From Amoebidium appalachense (Eukaryota > Protista > Ichthyosporea): DNA of 64,000 nt. Both the position numbers and the translations under genes were made by a program. The notes under the pieces are model-generated. The model saw only the letters and a list, made by a program, of their open reading frames with translations, made no database searches and was not told the DNA's origin. Below, piece after piece: positions 1-46,897 of this stretch. The stretch is from assembly GCA_963693365.1 (NCBI GenBank), contig CAVNZM010000001.1, positions 2,868,907 to 2,932,906 on the forward strand, written 5' to 3'. The first letter of the stretch is position 1. Every line of letters begins with the position of its first letter.

Positions 1-440
1 GGGGGAGGGGGGGCGGGAGAGGGGGGGGATAGTGTATGTGTTTGAGCCAAAAAGGAACCGGGGGGGGGGGGGGGGGGGGGAGGGAAGGGGGGGAGGGGGG
101 GGGGGGGGGGGTTAAAGAGTTGAAAGGGAAGATATGTGTATGCGCTTGCGCGGAAGAGGAGAAAAGGAGGGTCGGGGAGAGATACGAGCGTCTGTCCTGA
201 GCACCAGGGGGAATGGGGGAAAGGGAGGGAATATTTGTGTAGCCAAACAGGAAGAAGACGGGGGGGAAGGGAGGATAGGAGCAAAGGAAAGATGTGTGTT
301 TGTGCAGAAGAGGAGGCAACGGGGAAGTGTGTCTGTGGGTGGATGGGTGGGTGGGGGGGGGGGGGTGGGGGTGGGGAGGGGGGGGGGGGGGGGGGGGGGG
401 GGAGGGGGGCACAGGGGGGGCAGTTGGGAGGTTGGCGTAC

Positions 441-17942
<17,502 letters not shown>

Positions 17943-18873
17943 GTTTGCAAGCTCTGAAGCTGCCAACTAAACTTTGGCAAGGTACACCGTTATCAACCGC
18001 CCCTCGCTCGAACAGGGATGTGACCAGGCGCAGGTATACACGACCGAGCGGATTGCTCAGCAGCTAACAGCCTGAATTAGTGACCTATTCCAAGCCACTC
18101 GGCAACTAGGCGGTACACAAAAAACACTTTGCGTGCGTGTGACTGTGGGCCGTTCAAGTTTTATCAAGAAAAAGGTGATGAAAAGTTAAAGCAATAGCGC
18201 AAACGAGATTTGTGAGCCCCTGTACACACGGCAACAACCTCAATAACGTAGTCCAATAATACAGCGTAAATAAAAACCAAAATTTAGGGCAAAAGCCCTA
18301 TTCTTATCACATTATAACAGGGTTAACATAACATTATCATGCACGTGATTGTTGCTGCTGATAAACCTCGCATTCCATCCCCGAGACCATCAAAGCGCAC
18401 AAGTACAAAGAATAGGCTAAATACAAAAAAAAAAAAAAAAATAGTCACAGCACAAAAACTCGGCAAGCCTTTACAAAAGTTGGAGAGAAACGGTCGAAAC
18501 ATGCAGAGGGATTGTGCCAGAGGGCGACATTAGTTTTGTAGCTCTTATTCACTCCAAGAATTGGGGTTACTACTGCGTAGGAATGGTCGACGCTGGCCTA
18601 GAAAAACTCAAGTGTTAAGACAAAAACGAAGGCACCTGCAGCTGCTTTTCACTTCCTGGGTCGATCCCAACCATGAGCCCCAGGTGCTGGACTCGTTCGC
18701 TACATGTTGACTTTGCAGCAACCATCAAACAAATTATCTTCCCTTAATGAATTAGAAGCTCTTCGTGGCCTTTTTGTCTTCTCCCTGGTGTGCTAGCATA
18801 ACCTGCAGTAGCCTCCGTCCGACTATCCGCGTAGTTGTTTTGACTCCTTTCACCAATAACACTTCTACTAACC

Positions 18874-27156
<8,283 letters not shown>

Positions 27157-28005
27157 TGCGGGTGCCGGTGATGCTGTGTGAGGGGGTGAAGGAATGGGAT
27201 AGTCTTAGGAGAGGTGTGGTTTATATGGGTTCGTGTATGGATCCACAACATTTGGCTTCCAGTATGTATGTCTTTTTACAAAACTGCATGTGTGCTGGAA
27301 CATTTAGATGGCTTGAGTTGTAACTTTGCCCTGACTAGGTCAACGCATGGCTGTAATAATTGCAAGCCAGGTAATTTGGTCAACTGAAACATGCCAAGTT
27401 GATAATATATAAGAAAGACGGATAGTGTGCAGTAGTTATGTAATCCGAAGTTTCCGAATAATGGGTGATGGGCATTTTTAAAATGCTACTTCTCACTGGC
27501 TACATAGCAGATTAATGATGCACGTGGGGTGAAGGTTAGCAGTAACTGTGCAAACAGAAAGCGGTATTGACAGTGAACATATTTATGACATTTGGCATGG
27601 TGTCTGTTTGAATACCTCCCAGTACTAGTATGGCGTAAGGAACGGCATTCTATTTTTAGCTACTCTTGTGGAAGTTCTGTATAGTAGGTGATAAAGTAAT
27701 TAGGTTCCCCACTTCCACCTTCCATTGTGTCTCTCACTCACCCCTGCTCCTCTCTCCCCTCTTCTTTATTTCTGGCTACCTCCCCTCCCTGCCTTCCCCC
27801 CGCTCCGATCTTCCCAATTCCAACCCCGCTCCTATGTCACTCCCTCTCTTCCCTCCTATTCACCCAGCCCCCCCACCATCTGGAGTTTGCAACTTACGTT
27901 CTGGGGGGTGGGGTGTCCTTATCCGCACAGTGCTTGTAGCGGGTGCGCTAACGATATTACACCCGCCAGAAGCATAGAAATTGCACGTGCGTGTGGCACT
28001 GTCAT

Positions 28006-28038
<33 letters not shown>

Positions 28039-28328
28039 CACACACACACCCTCTCTGGTGAGTGAGCTTCCCTCTGCCATGGAAATGTCGATGCTGCTTG
28101 TGGCTGAGGTATTAAGAGACTGTGCGGCATTCATAAAGTAATTAGGTTTTTCACCTTGCCGGGCTAAGTTTCATTACTTCAGCGCTACCTGCAGGACTAC
28201 ATATTGTTTCTACAAAACAACATAGTGAAAATCATATGCTTCCAGGAAAGACAAAAAAGCACTTTCGGGGTGTGATTGCATTGTTACCATTTCAGCCAGT
28301 CCAAAGTGCCATTATTCTGCGGCTTCCT

Positions 28329-28364
<36 letters not shown>

Positions 28365-28639
28365 CCCCCCCCCCCCGTGCGTCTCTCCCCATCCGGCACC
28401 CCGGGCAACCTACAAAAAAAAGGAGGAGAGAGAGAGAGAGAGCAGAGAGAAAGCGGGGAACACACACACACACACACACACACACTAGGGAGAGAGGGGG
28501 TACGGGGGAGGGGGGGGGGGGGAGAGGGGGGAAGTCTCAGAGAGAGAGGGAGAGGGTGCGACGGAGGGAGGGAAGAAGACATGACACTATGAGAGAGAGA
28601 GAGAGAGAATACGCTCGGAGAGAGCTGAGAGAGGAGGGA

Positions 28640-28761
<122 letters not shown>

Positions 28762-28822
28762 TGTGTGTGTGTGTGAGGGAGAGAGGGGGGGAGAGAGAGA
28801 GAGAGAGAATGTGCGTGTGTAC

Positions 28823-28854
<32 letters not shown>

Positions 28855-30476
28855 GCATGCGTGCGCGTGTGTGTGCGCGTGTGCGTTTAAGTGCTGCAAT
28901 AATGAGCGAGAAATAGTACGTATGTATCTGCTGCACAGCAGTGTACAGGATGTGCAGCACTCGTGTGTTTCGACGCCGCAGCGAGTGCATGTGTGTTTTC
29001 CACCCCCTCAAAAAGGGGGAAATGAAAGTATTCGCAGTTTAAATACCTCTTTCTTCCCATTTTTCTTTTTTTTCTTTTTTCTTTTCTTTTCTTTCCCTTT
29101 TTTTTTTCTTTCTTCTTTTTTAATTTAAAAAAGCCACCACCACTACCGGCCCCACACGAGAGGCCCACCAGCCTCGTGTGCGTTGGCCAGTAGGTAACGG
29201 CTGGCGTGCACGTATGTTTGGGCTGTGTCTCCCTAAGTACTAGTGCTCATCTGTAGTCGTGGTGTATGTCTTTTGGGACATATACAAGCACACCACCCAC
29301 CCACATACAACCTGCATGCCAAACGTGCCGGCACACACACAGACCCACCCAGCCATGAAATGCTGGCTGTTAGCACACAGCACCGGTACGTGCGAACCAA
29401 CATACTCCTAGGTAGTTAGCAAACTTTGTGTCCACCACCATCCCCGAAACAACACCCATATTCACCGTAAGCACCAACATGTCTTTGGCACACATTTTTG
29501 CCACATTAGCATAACACAAATCTTTGCTGTTACAGTATGTTAGTTGAACCAACCGAGGGCCCGTATTTAAAACTTTATTAGCCTGTTTTGGTTGGAGCGG
29601 AGGCCTGGTGCTCCCACTTGTGGGCTGGGGCAAAACTCCTGGGCTAGGCGTGTATTAGTAGTCAGGATTGGTAACTAACACAGTGTTAGCTTAGATGATT
29701 GCAAGCACCAAAACCCCCCTAGCTAGGGTGCAGTCGTTGCTTGGTGAAAGGCGGTAGTTTCCACGTACGGGACACATAAGGGGCCACAGTTAAGGGGGGT
29801 TGGGCTTGCGTTGTAGAGTGGTACGTGGTATTCCATCTTGGAGGAGACCATAACAGCTATACTGAGATATGTTGTTTTGTGGGCATGGGTTTATTTCAAG
29901 ACAAGTTTATACTTCGGGGCAAATGCATGCATATGCAGGCTTTGCTAGCGGTTGTTGGACCGGTTTGTTTTCGGTTTTGCATGTGTTTGCTATTGGTTGT
30001 TGGGTCGCAGTGCACATCGCGCTAAAAGACGTTTTGCTATTTGTTGTTAACGAGCCGACTAGTTCCCAAAGTACATTTCTCCGAGTAGAGTGAATAATCT
30101 TCATCACCCGATAACTATATGCCATCCAAGTTGTCTTACCAATGAAGCACACAATGAGAGTATTGTTGTTAATGTTTGTTTGTTTCCGTTCCGGTAGTTT
30201 TACTAAATCTAACTCAATGCATTCAGACATACAATGCCTGGAAGGTATTTCATTGCACTATTTGCAGATACAGTGCATTGACTATATATAATCAAAGCCT
30301 TTTCCAAGAATTCTCGTCTAAAAGCAGTCTACGAAGTGCTGAGCCAGCAGCAACTCTAAAAGGTGACATTCTCGCGCTCGCGTGCTATATACAAACTGTT
30401 TGTTGAATAAACTGCGTGCACAAAGGAATACTATATATAACTCACATAAAACACCAGCGTAGTCGCAATACTATTT

Positions 30477-31979
30477 CTACCAGCATGGAGAGTACCCGCT
30501 ACCTGATTGGTACAGCATGGAGATACCGTTAGCCTTAGCGAGATCACATGCAGCGCTACCCTGCAACGAGTACTCTGCACCAAACACAGCCTTGTTCTGC
30601 GCCTGGAACGGCTTGTACACATCACACTGCCCAAAGCGTGGGCAGGACTCGTTGATGGCAAAGTCGAAGGTGTTGACAAGGTCGGGGATGAGCTCAAAGG
30701 CGTTCTTCAGACCAATAGCCATGCCGCGGCTGTGTGCCTGTGAAGCAAACCAAAGCGCGTAGTCCTTGGTTGCCGCCTGTTTCGCTGCCTTGCTTGTGCC
30801 CGGGACACAGCCGTCATATGTGATATTCAAAGCAATCCATGTTGTCTGCTTCGATAGCATCGCATCCCTCTGACTTTGCCAGGTCCATGCGTGCATTCAT
30901 AACCCCCTGCAAGTTTTGCCAGTTCATCACATTAATGGCGTGTTTGGCAGCGCCGTTATTTCGTCTTTTCATCGTATTCGTCTTTTCGTGCAATACCACG
31001 AATACGAATTTGTGTCGTGCCAAACACGCCACAGAATTATATCTCGCGAAAAGACGATGGGATCGCTTTTATATCGTCTTTTTGAAATCACCTCCGGAGG
31101 TGATTTTCGAAAGCTTTCGAAAAGACGATTTAACTTTTAGCCAATCATAAGCTTAGTAGGCTTCTATTGGATCGATCTGATCCAATCCAGTTTTGGAATC
31201 GCCGCGAACCATTTATGGTTATTTTGGCTTTGAGTTGGTGGAAACCGGATCAGCGCCTGTTCTTTCCCAAAAAAAGTCTCTTTTACAATAGAAAAAAATA
31301 AAAGCAATAGGAGGTATAACAAAGTACCTTTATAAACAAAATAGATATAAAAGGTTTCAAACTACGCTCAAAATATGGCTTTTAACTGCACTTCGAAGTG
31401 CCAAATGTATAATTATCGGTTTACATCCATCCGCCCAATCAAACATCTGAACAATACACTTTTCGCATTCCATTGATGAAACGTAAATACGATCGAGCGA
31501 GCATATTTTGCGTGTTTAGGCGTGTTTGGCGCGCCATAATCGTATTATTACCCCTAAATACGCATACCTCAAAATAATTTTATGAATACAATTAATCGTC
31601 TTTTCGCACAATAATACGAATACGATTATTTTCGGCTGCCAAACACGCCCTCAACCATGTCTCGCCATTGCACGGTGCAGATGTGCTGAGTACTGGGCTT
31701 GGTACCTGGTCGCGGTCTGGCCGATTCTGCTCGAGAGTACCGGCGTCGCTATAGCAGATAACGCGCTGGCCATTGTTGTGGTAGCCTTGAATTTCCTCGG
31801 TTGTAGCGTAGAAAGTATCTACCTCAACAACATTAACACCGTTTGTGTTGGAGCCCGGAAGGTAGGCTTTGTTTGCCCATGTCAGGGCCTGTGGTCCATG
31901 ACCCTGTCCTGCGGGATATATGGTGCGGGGCGGCAGAAACGGATGCAATAAGAGCGAAAGCAAGTGCGCTGTGATACAT
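30477..31979 (-). pseudogene. Intronless secreted GH114 (endo-alpha-1,4-polygalactosaminidase-like) pseudogene
   Basis: Signal peptide MYHSALAFALIASVSA; RVICYSDAGTLE; GETWL|NV; ARMDLAKSEGCDAIEADNMD; AHSRGMAIGLKN; FDFAINESC; KAVFGAEY. Disrupted by a +1 frameshift near 31886, a 715-bp MITE and a 7-bp insertion at 30816-30826. Confidence 0.88.
30936..31650. mobile_element. PIF/Harbinger (Tourist-like) MITE
   Basis: 15-bp TIR GGCGTGTTTGGCAGC (30937-30951 / 31635-31649). 3-bp TNA-type target duplication (TAA / TCA). No ORF. Removing it restores TGG TTG AAT GTG (W-L-N-V) in GH114. Confidence 0.88.
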
Positions 31980-32118
31980 TTTGATTATAGTTTGTGGCTT
32001 GCGCCAAAAGCTGTTAGCCCTAATTTGGTATGTTATCTCTGTTACAATCTCAAGTTGTGTGTCTTTGTCGCTTGTGTTTCTCAAATGAAGGATTGTTGTG
32101 CAACCTTGCCAAGTCAAG

Positions 32119-32230
32119 TTTATATACCCAGCAGTTCATAGTTTTCAGCCAATCAGATGTTGAATAATTCGAGAGCCAATCAGAATTCTGAAAACAGCAA
32201 TCAAATCCAGCAATCGCATCGGCCAATTAA
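32119..32230 (-). promoter_or_regulatory. Putative GH114 promoter: TATA box + clustered CCAAT boxes
   Basis: TATATAAA on the minus strand at ~32119-32127, ~140 bp upstream of the ATG. AGCCAATCAG occurs twice (~32147, ~32173), plus GGCCAATT. Confidence 0.45.
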
Positions 32231-33176
32231 AAGCTTTCAGCACCACGTCCAGCACAAGCCACACAAGCAAACTGGACACTGAACATGATTCTATGTAACC
32301 CCTCTCCTTGTTGAAACGTGAGAAAAATAACGAAAAAACCACTACACACGTGCTTACAACTATAATTTGCGGAATCTAAGAGGATAATACTATCATTTTT
32401 TTGGCGGCTTTTCATACGGTTTCGTACAGTACATGCATGCACTGCGGACATGCATTGTTGGCCTTTCTGGCTTTCAATGAAAGCCAGAAACGTTTCACAG
32501 ATTTGATTGGCGGCACGTTTCGCCTGCACACACCCAGGACCCAGGACCCTTCCTCCGGGGCACTGTACCCGGTTGCCGGTCCTGGTTGAACACGCCCTGG
32601 GCCCCTGGGCAAAGGCTATGCTCAAGCTGTCCTGGCCCTGGCCCGGCTGGCCAGTGCCAAAAGGGTGTTTTGTTCTTCTATTGCTACGCGTTTAGAATGA
32701 TGCGGAGGTACTATGTGCCACCTGGTTATTACACACGCTGCCCATTTTTTACATGTGAGCCTTGCTTTCTGTGAGCAGGGCACCTGTGTATGCACTTTCC
32801 ACAAGGACACAAGGAAGGACCCCGTAGCTTACAGCTTTTAGCCTATAGCCTCATTGTGTACATGTGACGCCATGGCTCATGACGACGTGGATTTCAAAGT
32901 TTATTGAATGGTGAGCTCCCGACAAGGCCTCCTAAGGTGAGCTATTTAGGAGGCCTCCCGAGCCTCCCACCAAATGCTATTTTTATTTCAGACCTACCTA
33001 CACGTTGCATACACCGTGACGCTTACGACGCACATGAACAATACATGCGGGATCTCTAGATCTTGTGCCTCGAGTAAACAGCGTAAACCCCGTACCAACG
33101 TCACTTTTGATCAAAGCACGTATGGTGACGTCGACCGGATATCCAAGGTTATCGTGTGCGCACACACACACACACA

Positions 33177-33229
<53 letters not shown>

Positions 33230-33778
33230 AGACACACACACAGACACACACACAGACACACACACACACACACACACACAGCACACACACACAGGTACAC
33301 ACACACACACACACACACATACACACACATACACACACACGCACGCACGCACGCACGCACGCACACACGCACCTACGCACATCATATCAATATAGATACA
33401 TGCACATATATACGCATACAGTGTCCACACACTTTTAATACGCAATTTTATTCACATTTTTTTATTCTATCACGTTTTGTTCCCGGAGAGCCTTTGCAGG
33501 CCCTCTAGGGAAACTACCGTCTACCACACAGTACCGACAGTACACTAGTTTAGGTGCTCTCTATGAGTTCAGCTAATTGCTAAAATCCTTCACACAGTTT
33601 TTCGCTTTTGTACATGTGCGTGTAAGGGTGTGCGTGCGTGTGTGTGCGGGTGGGCGCACGGAAGTGTGCTTATGTGCGTGCTTCTGTATGTGTAGTGATC
33701 AGGCCTTGGGCCGACCACGCACAAACGCACACACACGTGTACACGCCTTCAGCCCTCACTCGGGCCGCGGGCTTGCGC

Positions 33779-33860
33779 TTTGAAACGGGCAAAGAGAAAC
33801 CAATCAGATGCTTCTCACTCAAACAGCCAATCAAACAGCAGTAATGCTTTTTTGGCGGGA
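33779..33860 (+). promoter_or_regulatory. Putative cell-cycle promoter cluster upstream of DCC1
   Basis: TTTGAA (33779), CCAATCA twice (33800, 33827) and TTTGGCGGGA (E2F-like, 33851), ~300 bp before the ATG. Confidence 0.4.
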
Positions 33861-34149
33861 GATCGTTCAGCGATAACAATCAAGGCCGCCAGGCTCAGAC
33901 CAGGCTCCTCCAACTGGCTTCTATTGTAGTTACTCTGAGATACTGTAGCCCCACTCCCAACATGCCGAAAGGAAAACTGTAGTTAGTCTGTATGCCCCCC
34001 GCGACACCGACTATTTCCTGTTAGTGTGCGCACAGACTATCAACACGAGAACACTAGCAGCAAACAATTAGAGGACGATTGTCTTGTTAGTTTTTCAAAA
34101 GCGTTATTTTATGTCTTGTTAGTTTTTCAAACACGTTATTTTATCGAAG

Positions 34150-42439
<8,290 letters not shown>

Positions 42440-43073
42440 ATTTACGTATTGGTAAATTTGATCCACAGTATTTTGTCTGTGTCTTATTGACAAATCGTAG
42501 GTTATGTTTATCAAAGGTAAAGACACAAATTCCAGTGTTATATTGTCGCAAATCGTAGATTTAGGTTTTGGCCTCGCACTGCTTTGTACATCGGCAATTT
42601 GATGTCATAATATGATATGCAAATTCACGTGGCCGATGGCGAATGGGACTGGGCAGCTGCGATCTTGAGAATTCGTTTGGTCTGCCCATGCTGAATATCT
42701 AATATTTGGATATTACGCATACGGTAACGGGATATCTGCATAGGTCATTTCATTGGCAGTACTTAACCAATAACATGGCCTGATCTCATGGTGTCTGCCT
42801 ATATTAGGAGGAATGGATGGCTCGAGGGGCTCATGCTAGAGAGCCTCTAGGAATCTGCATGTTTTTTAATGCTTTGCAGTATAACAGTAGGTTTGCAGCT
42901 GAGATGGGAAGTTGGTAAACAATGCTTAATCATTAGTATACTTCGTGTAACGTGCAATAGTTTGTCCACAATGACCGGAAAGACTAACTTTCAACAGTTC
43001 GTATGCGGCACGCAGAACATTTGCCGTGTTCTGTTGTGCAATATCAACCACTCCCCCCCCCCGGGCCCTCCCC

Positions 43074-43152
<79 letters not shown>

Positions 43153-43358
43153 CACACACACACAGGCACACACCGCCACCACAACCACCACCACCATCAC
43201 ACACATACACACTCTCACAACACACCACAGAGAGAGAGAGAGCTCTAGAGAGAGAGAGAGAGAGAGAGCTATACAGAGCTCTGAGAGAGAGAGAGAGAGA
43301 GCGCGCTCTACAGAGAGAGAGAGAGAGAGAGCTCTAGAGAGAGAGAGAGAGAGAGATC

Positions 43359-43413
<55 letters not shown>

Positions 43414-43434
43414 AAGCTCTAGAGAGAGAGCTCT

Positions 43435-43502
<68 letters not shown>

Positions 43503-44205
43503 CAGCTGCACAGAGAGGGAGAGACGTATACATACAAATACTCCTTGCCGCAGCTCCTGCACAGACTCTACCACGACCATATGTGCACGGCCATTAACTT
43601 GCAGCTTGCAATATATTGATCATTTGAATTACTACATTGTGCCTTGATAAAATAAATGCTGGCACTATATACCGACCTAACCTCACACAAACAAAACATG
43701 GGCTGAAAGGAGTAAACGATGACATCTATCCAGGTGTGCCCTAATATATTAGTGCACAGCTACACAACCACAACCGCCGCTTAATCTGTGCCAAACTTAG
43801 TATGATACGTAACCGCTACACCATAAATAGCATGCCGTATCTCCCTATATCGACCTCTCCACGTACTCATTGACAATGCTATCTGCATTCCACTTGCAGC
43901 CATTACATGTTATCTGACTTACAGCTGCCTGCACCAACCACCAACTTCCCTTCTCCATATAAATCTCCGTTTTAAGAACAACCCAACCACACCATGGCAT
44001 ATCCTCATCTAGATCTTAGCCGTCTAGGCCTATCATTTACCTCTCTGACCAGACCTGATCCGGTATATTCACTACAATTGACTATTAAAACTCCCACTCA
44101 GGATAAAGCCCCCCTAAACCACACATAATACCCAGGGAAAAACCGCTTAACACACTACCCCCCCCCCCCCCCCCCCCCCCCCCTTTCCCCCGGGACACAC
44201 AATAG

Positions 44206-46457
44206 TTAATACGGACGGTAGTTGGGTCCCTGCTGCTGCTGCTGCTGTTGGGGTGGGCGATTCTGGCCCTGCATGCCCATATTTGGTTGCATGCCCATAT
44301 TTGGCTGCATGCCCATATTTGGCTGCATGCCCATATTTGGTTGCATGCCCATATTCTGCTGCGGCATGCCCATTCCCATATTAGGCTGCTGGTACCCCAT
44401 GCCCATCGGCTGCATGCCCATATTTGGCGCCATGCCCATATTTGGCGACATGCCCATGCCCCTTCCCATCTGCTGCTGCTGCATCCCCCCATACCCCATG
44501 CCCATATTTGGCTGTTGGTAGCCCATCCCTCCCCCGTATCCCATGTTTCCTCCGCCGCCGCCCATGCCGCCCATTGTCATATTTGGACTACCCATGGGTG
44601 CACCCCTCCCCATCGGTGTAGTAAGGCCCGGTTGGGGGCTAATAGACATATTTGCCATTCCGGTCTGCATCTGCGCAACATTGGGGCTAGGTCCCCTCTG
44701 AGTGGTACCCGGACTCAACCCCCCCACAGGGGAAACCCCACCGCTCTGACCCCCCTTCTGCGCCGCCAAAGTCGCCAACGTCTGTTTCTGGTTTCCTTTT
44801 CCCTCGCTGCTCAGCACGTTACCAAACAACTCCTTGTTCTTGCTCCATAGGTTGTCACCGCTCGGAATACCCCCCAATGGATCGGCCTGTTTCTGACTCT
44901 GCTGTGCCCCTGCCTGCCCGGGATTACCCGCCCTGACGTTTGGTGACGTTGCTCCCGCAGGACCCACGGGAACAGGAACGAGGGGTTGGGAGCTTGGAAT
45001 AGCCATAGAAGGGGGCGGTACCGCTTTGGTCTCTGCGTATTGCTGTGTTTGTTCCTTGTGAAGTGTTTCGAGGGTGGAACGGAGGGTGGTGGGGCAACCG
45101 GCAAAGATTCCACTGTCACTCATGCTGATGGGGAGGGGCTCGAGGAGGTCGAAGTGGCCAGTGTCGTAGAAGAGGGTGTAGAAGACACGGGTGGCGCCTG
45201 TGTGCATGATACAGAGAGAGGAGGGCATAGTGTGTCAGGGCACGACGGGGAATGCCAGTGTGTGAGAGGGGTACGACATTGGTAAGGAGAAGAGGAGGAG
45301 GCTGGGTGGGGGTGGGGGTGTGGGGGGGGGGAGAGGGGGAAGAGAGGTTCTCTGCTGTACAGCATCTGCAATATCGTTGCCACACAAGCAAGAACCTGCA
45401 CAAGAACCCGGACACACAGATGTAGGCGTCCCTCCCCACACACCCACCCACACACCCACCCACCCACCCACCCACCCACCCACCCAAAATCACACACACA
45501 TGCACACACACACGCACTCACACACACACAAGACACAAAACTACATATTTCCCATACCTGTTCAACTGAGCAGAGCTTCGTTACAAATATGTGTGGCGGG
45601 CGGGGTTGAGTTGGGTTTTTTGTTGTTTGTTTGTGTGTGTGTGTGTGGGGGGGGGGGGTCGTTACAAATATGTGTGGCGGGCGGGGTTGAGTTGGGTTTT
45701 TTGTTGTTTGTTTGTGTGTGTTTGTGTGGGGGGGGGGGGGGGGGGGGGGGGGGGGTGGGTAGGGGGTGGGGAGAACCCAATAACAAGTACATATTACCAA
45801 CGTTTAACTTACGCAACTGTAACAAAGAACACCAGTACAGAGCGTACATCTTTACTAATGCCCTGGGCACATGGGCAGATTCATTCACATTATCCACAAT
45901 ACCCAAGATCCACTCCCTTTGAGCAAGGGGTGGAGGGAGGAGGATGAGGAGGAAAAGGAGGAGGAGGAGGAGGAGGGGGAGGGGGAGGCTGGGGGGGGGG
46001 GGGGGGGGGGGGGGATCATTTACATACCAGGGGGAGACACCATACCCGAGACATCCAACCCTCCACCCAAGTTATGAGGCCGCTCGCGCACAAACACAAG
46101 AATGTAATTGTCGCGAAAAGCCCCTGCCGACATCTCCGAAATTCCCAAATACTGTTGGTTCTGAGTCATCTTGGTCACGTACTGCTGTATGAGCTGGAGG
46201 GGGTTTTTCACGTCGGGGAAAAGCATTTCTGCCTCCATCATAAGGGGTTCACGCAGTTGGGGGATGTTGGCGGCGTGTTCGTAGAGAAACTGGAGAAGGG
46301 ACCGACGCTCACTAGAAACATCCACGGCCTAATGTTTTGGAATTTTGGGTGGAAGGGGGGAAGAGCGGGGGGAGGGGGGGTTTGAATGCGGAACACGGTA
46401 CGAAGTACGCATGCACGATGAGAAGCATGGTGCAGGACACATGCAAAGGCAAACATT

Positions 46458-46515
<58 letters not shown>

Positions 46516-46832
46516 AGGAGGAGGAGGGATGAGAGGAGGGGTGGAGGGGGTGGAGGGGAAGAAAGGGAGCGGGGGGGGGGGGGGGGGGGAGGAGGGGGGG
46601 GGGGAGCGGGGGGGGTTAGAATGTGTGAAAGAGCAAGAAGTACTATTTTTATTAAAGAGCATGCATCATATGCAGAGCCCACGGGCCGGGAGAGGTGGGG
46701 ACAGGGCAGGCTGTCACCTGTGGTGTCCCCCCTCCCTTCCCCCCACCCACCCGCCCACCCACCCCTCCCCCCCCACCCCGGCGCCCCCCTCCCCCCCCCC
46801 CCCCCCCCCCCCCACCACCACCACCACCACCA

Positions 46833-46897
<65 letters not shown>

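Noticed and set aside
109-126. GGTTAAAGAGTTGAAA resembling strand B of repeat family 1
   Set aside because: Too short and no other part of the element is nearby.
43230-43500. (GA)n interrupted by GCTCTA units
   Set aside because: Ordinary compound microsatellite with no evidence of function.
45562-45906. Extra exon in the UIM-OTU gene
   Set aside because: Exons ending 46028 and starting 45197 join in phase and complete the OTU-like motif spacing.
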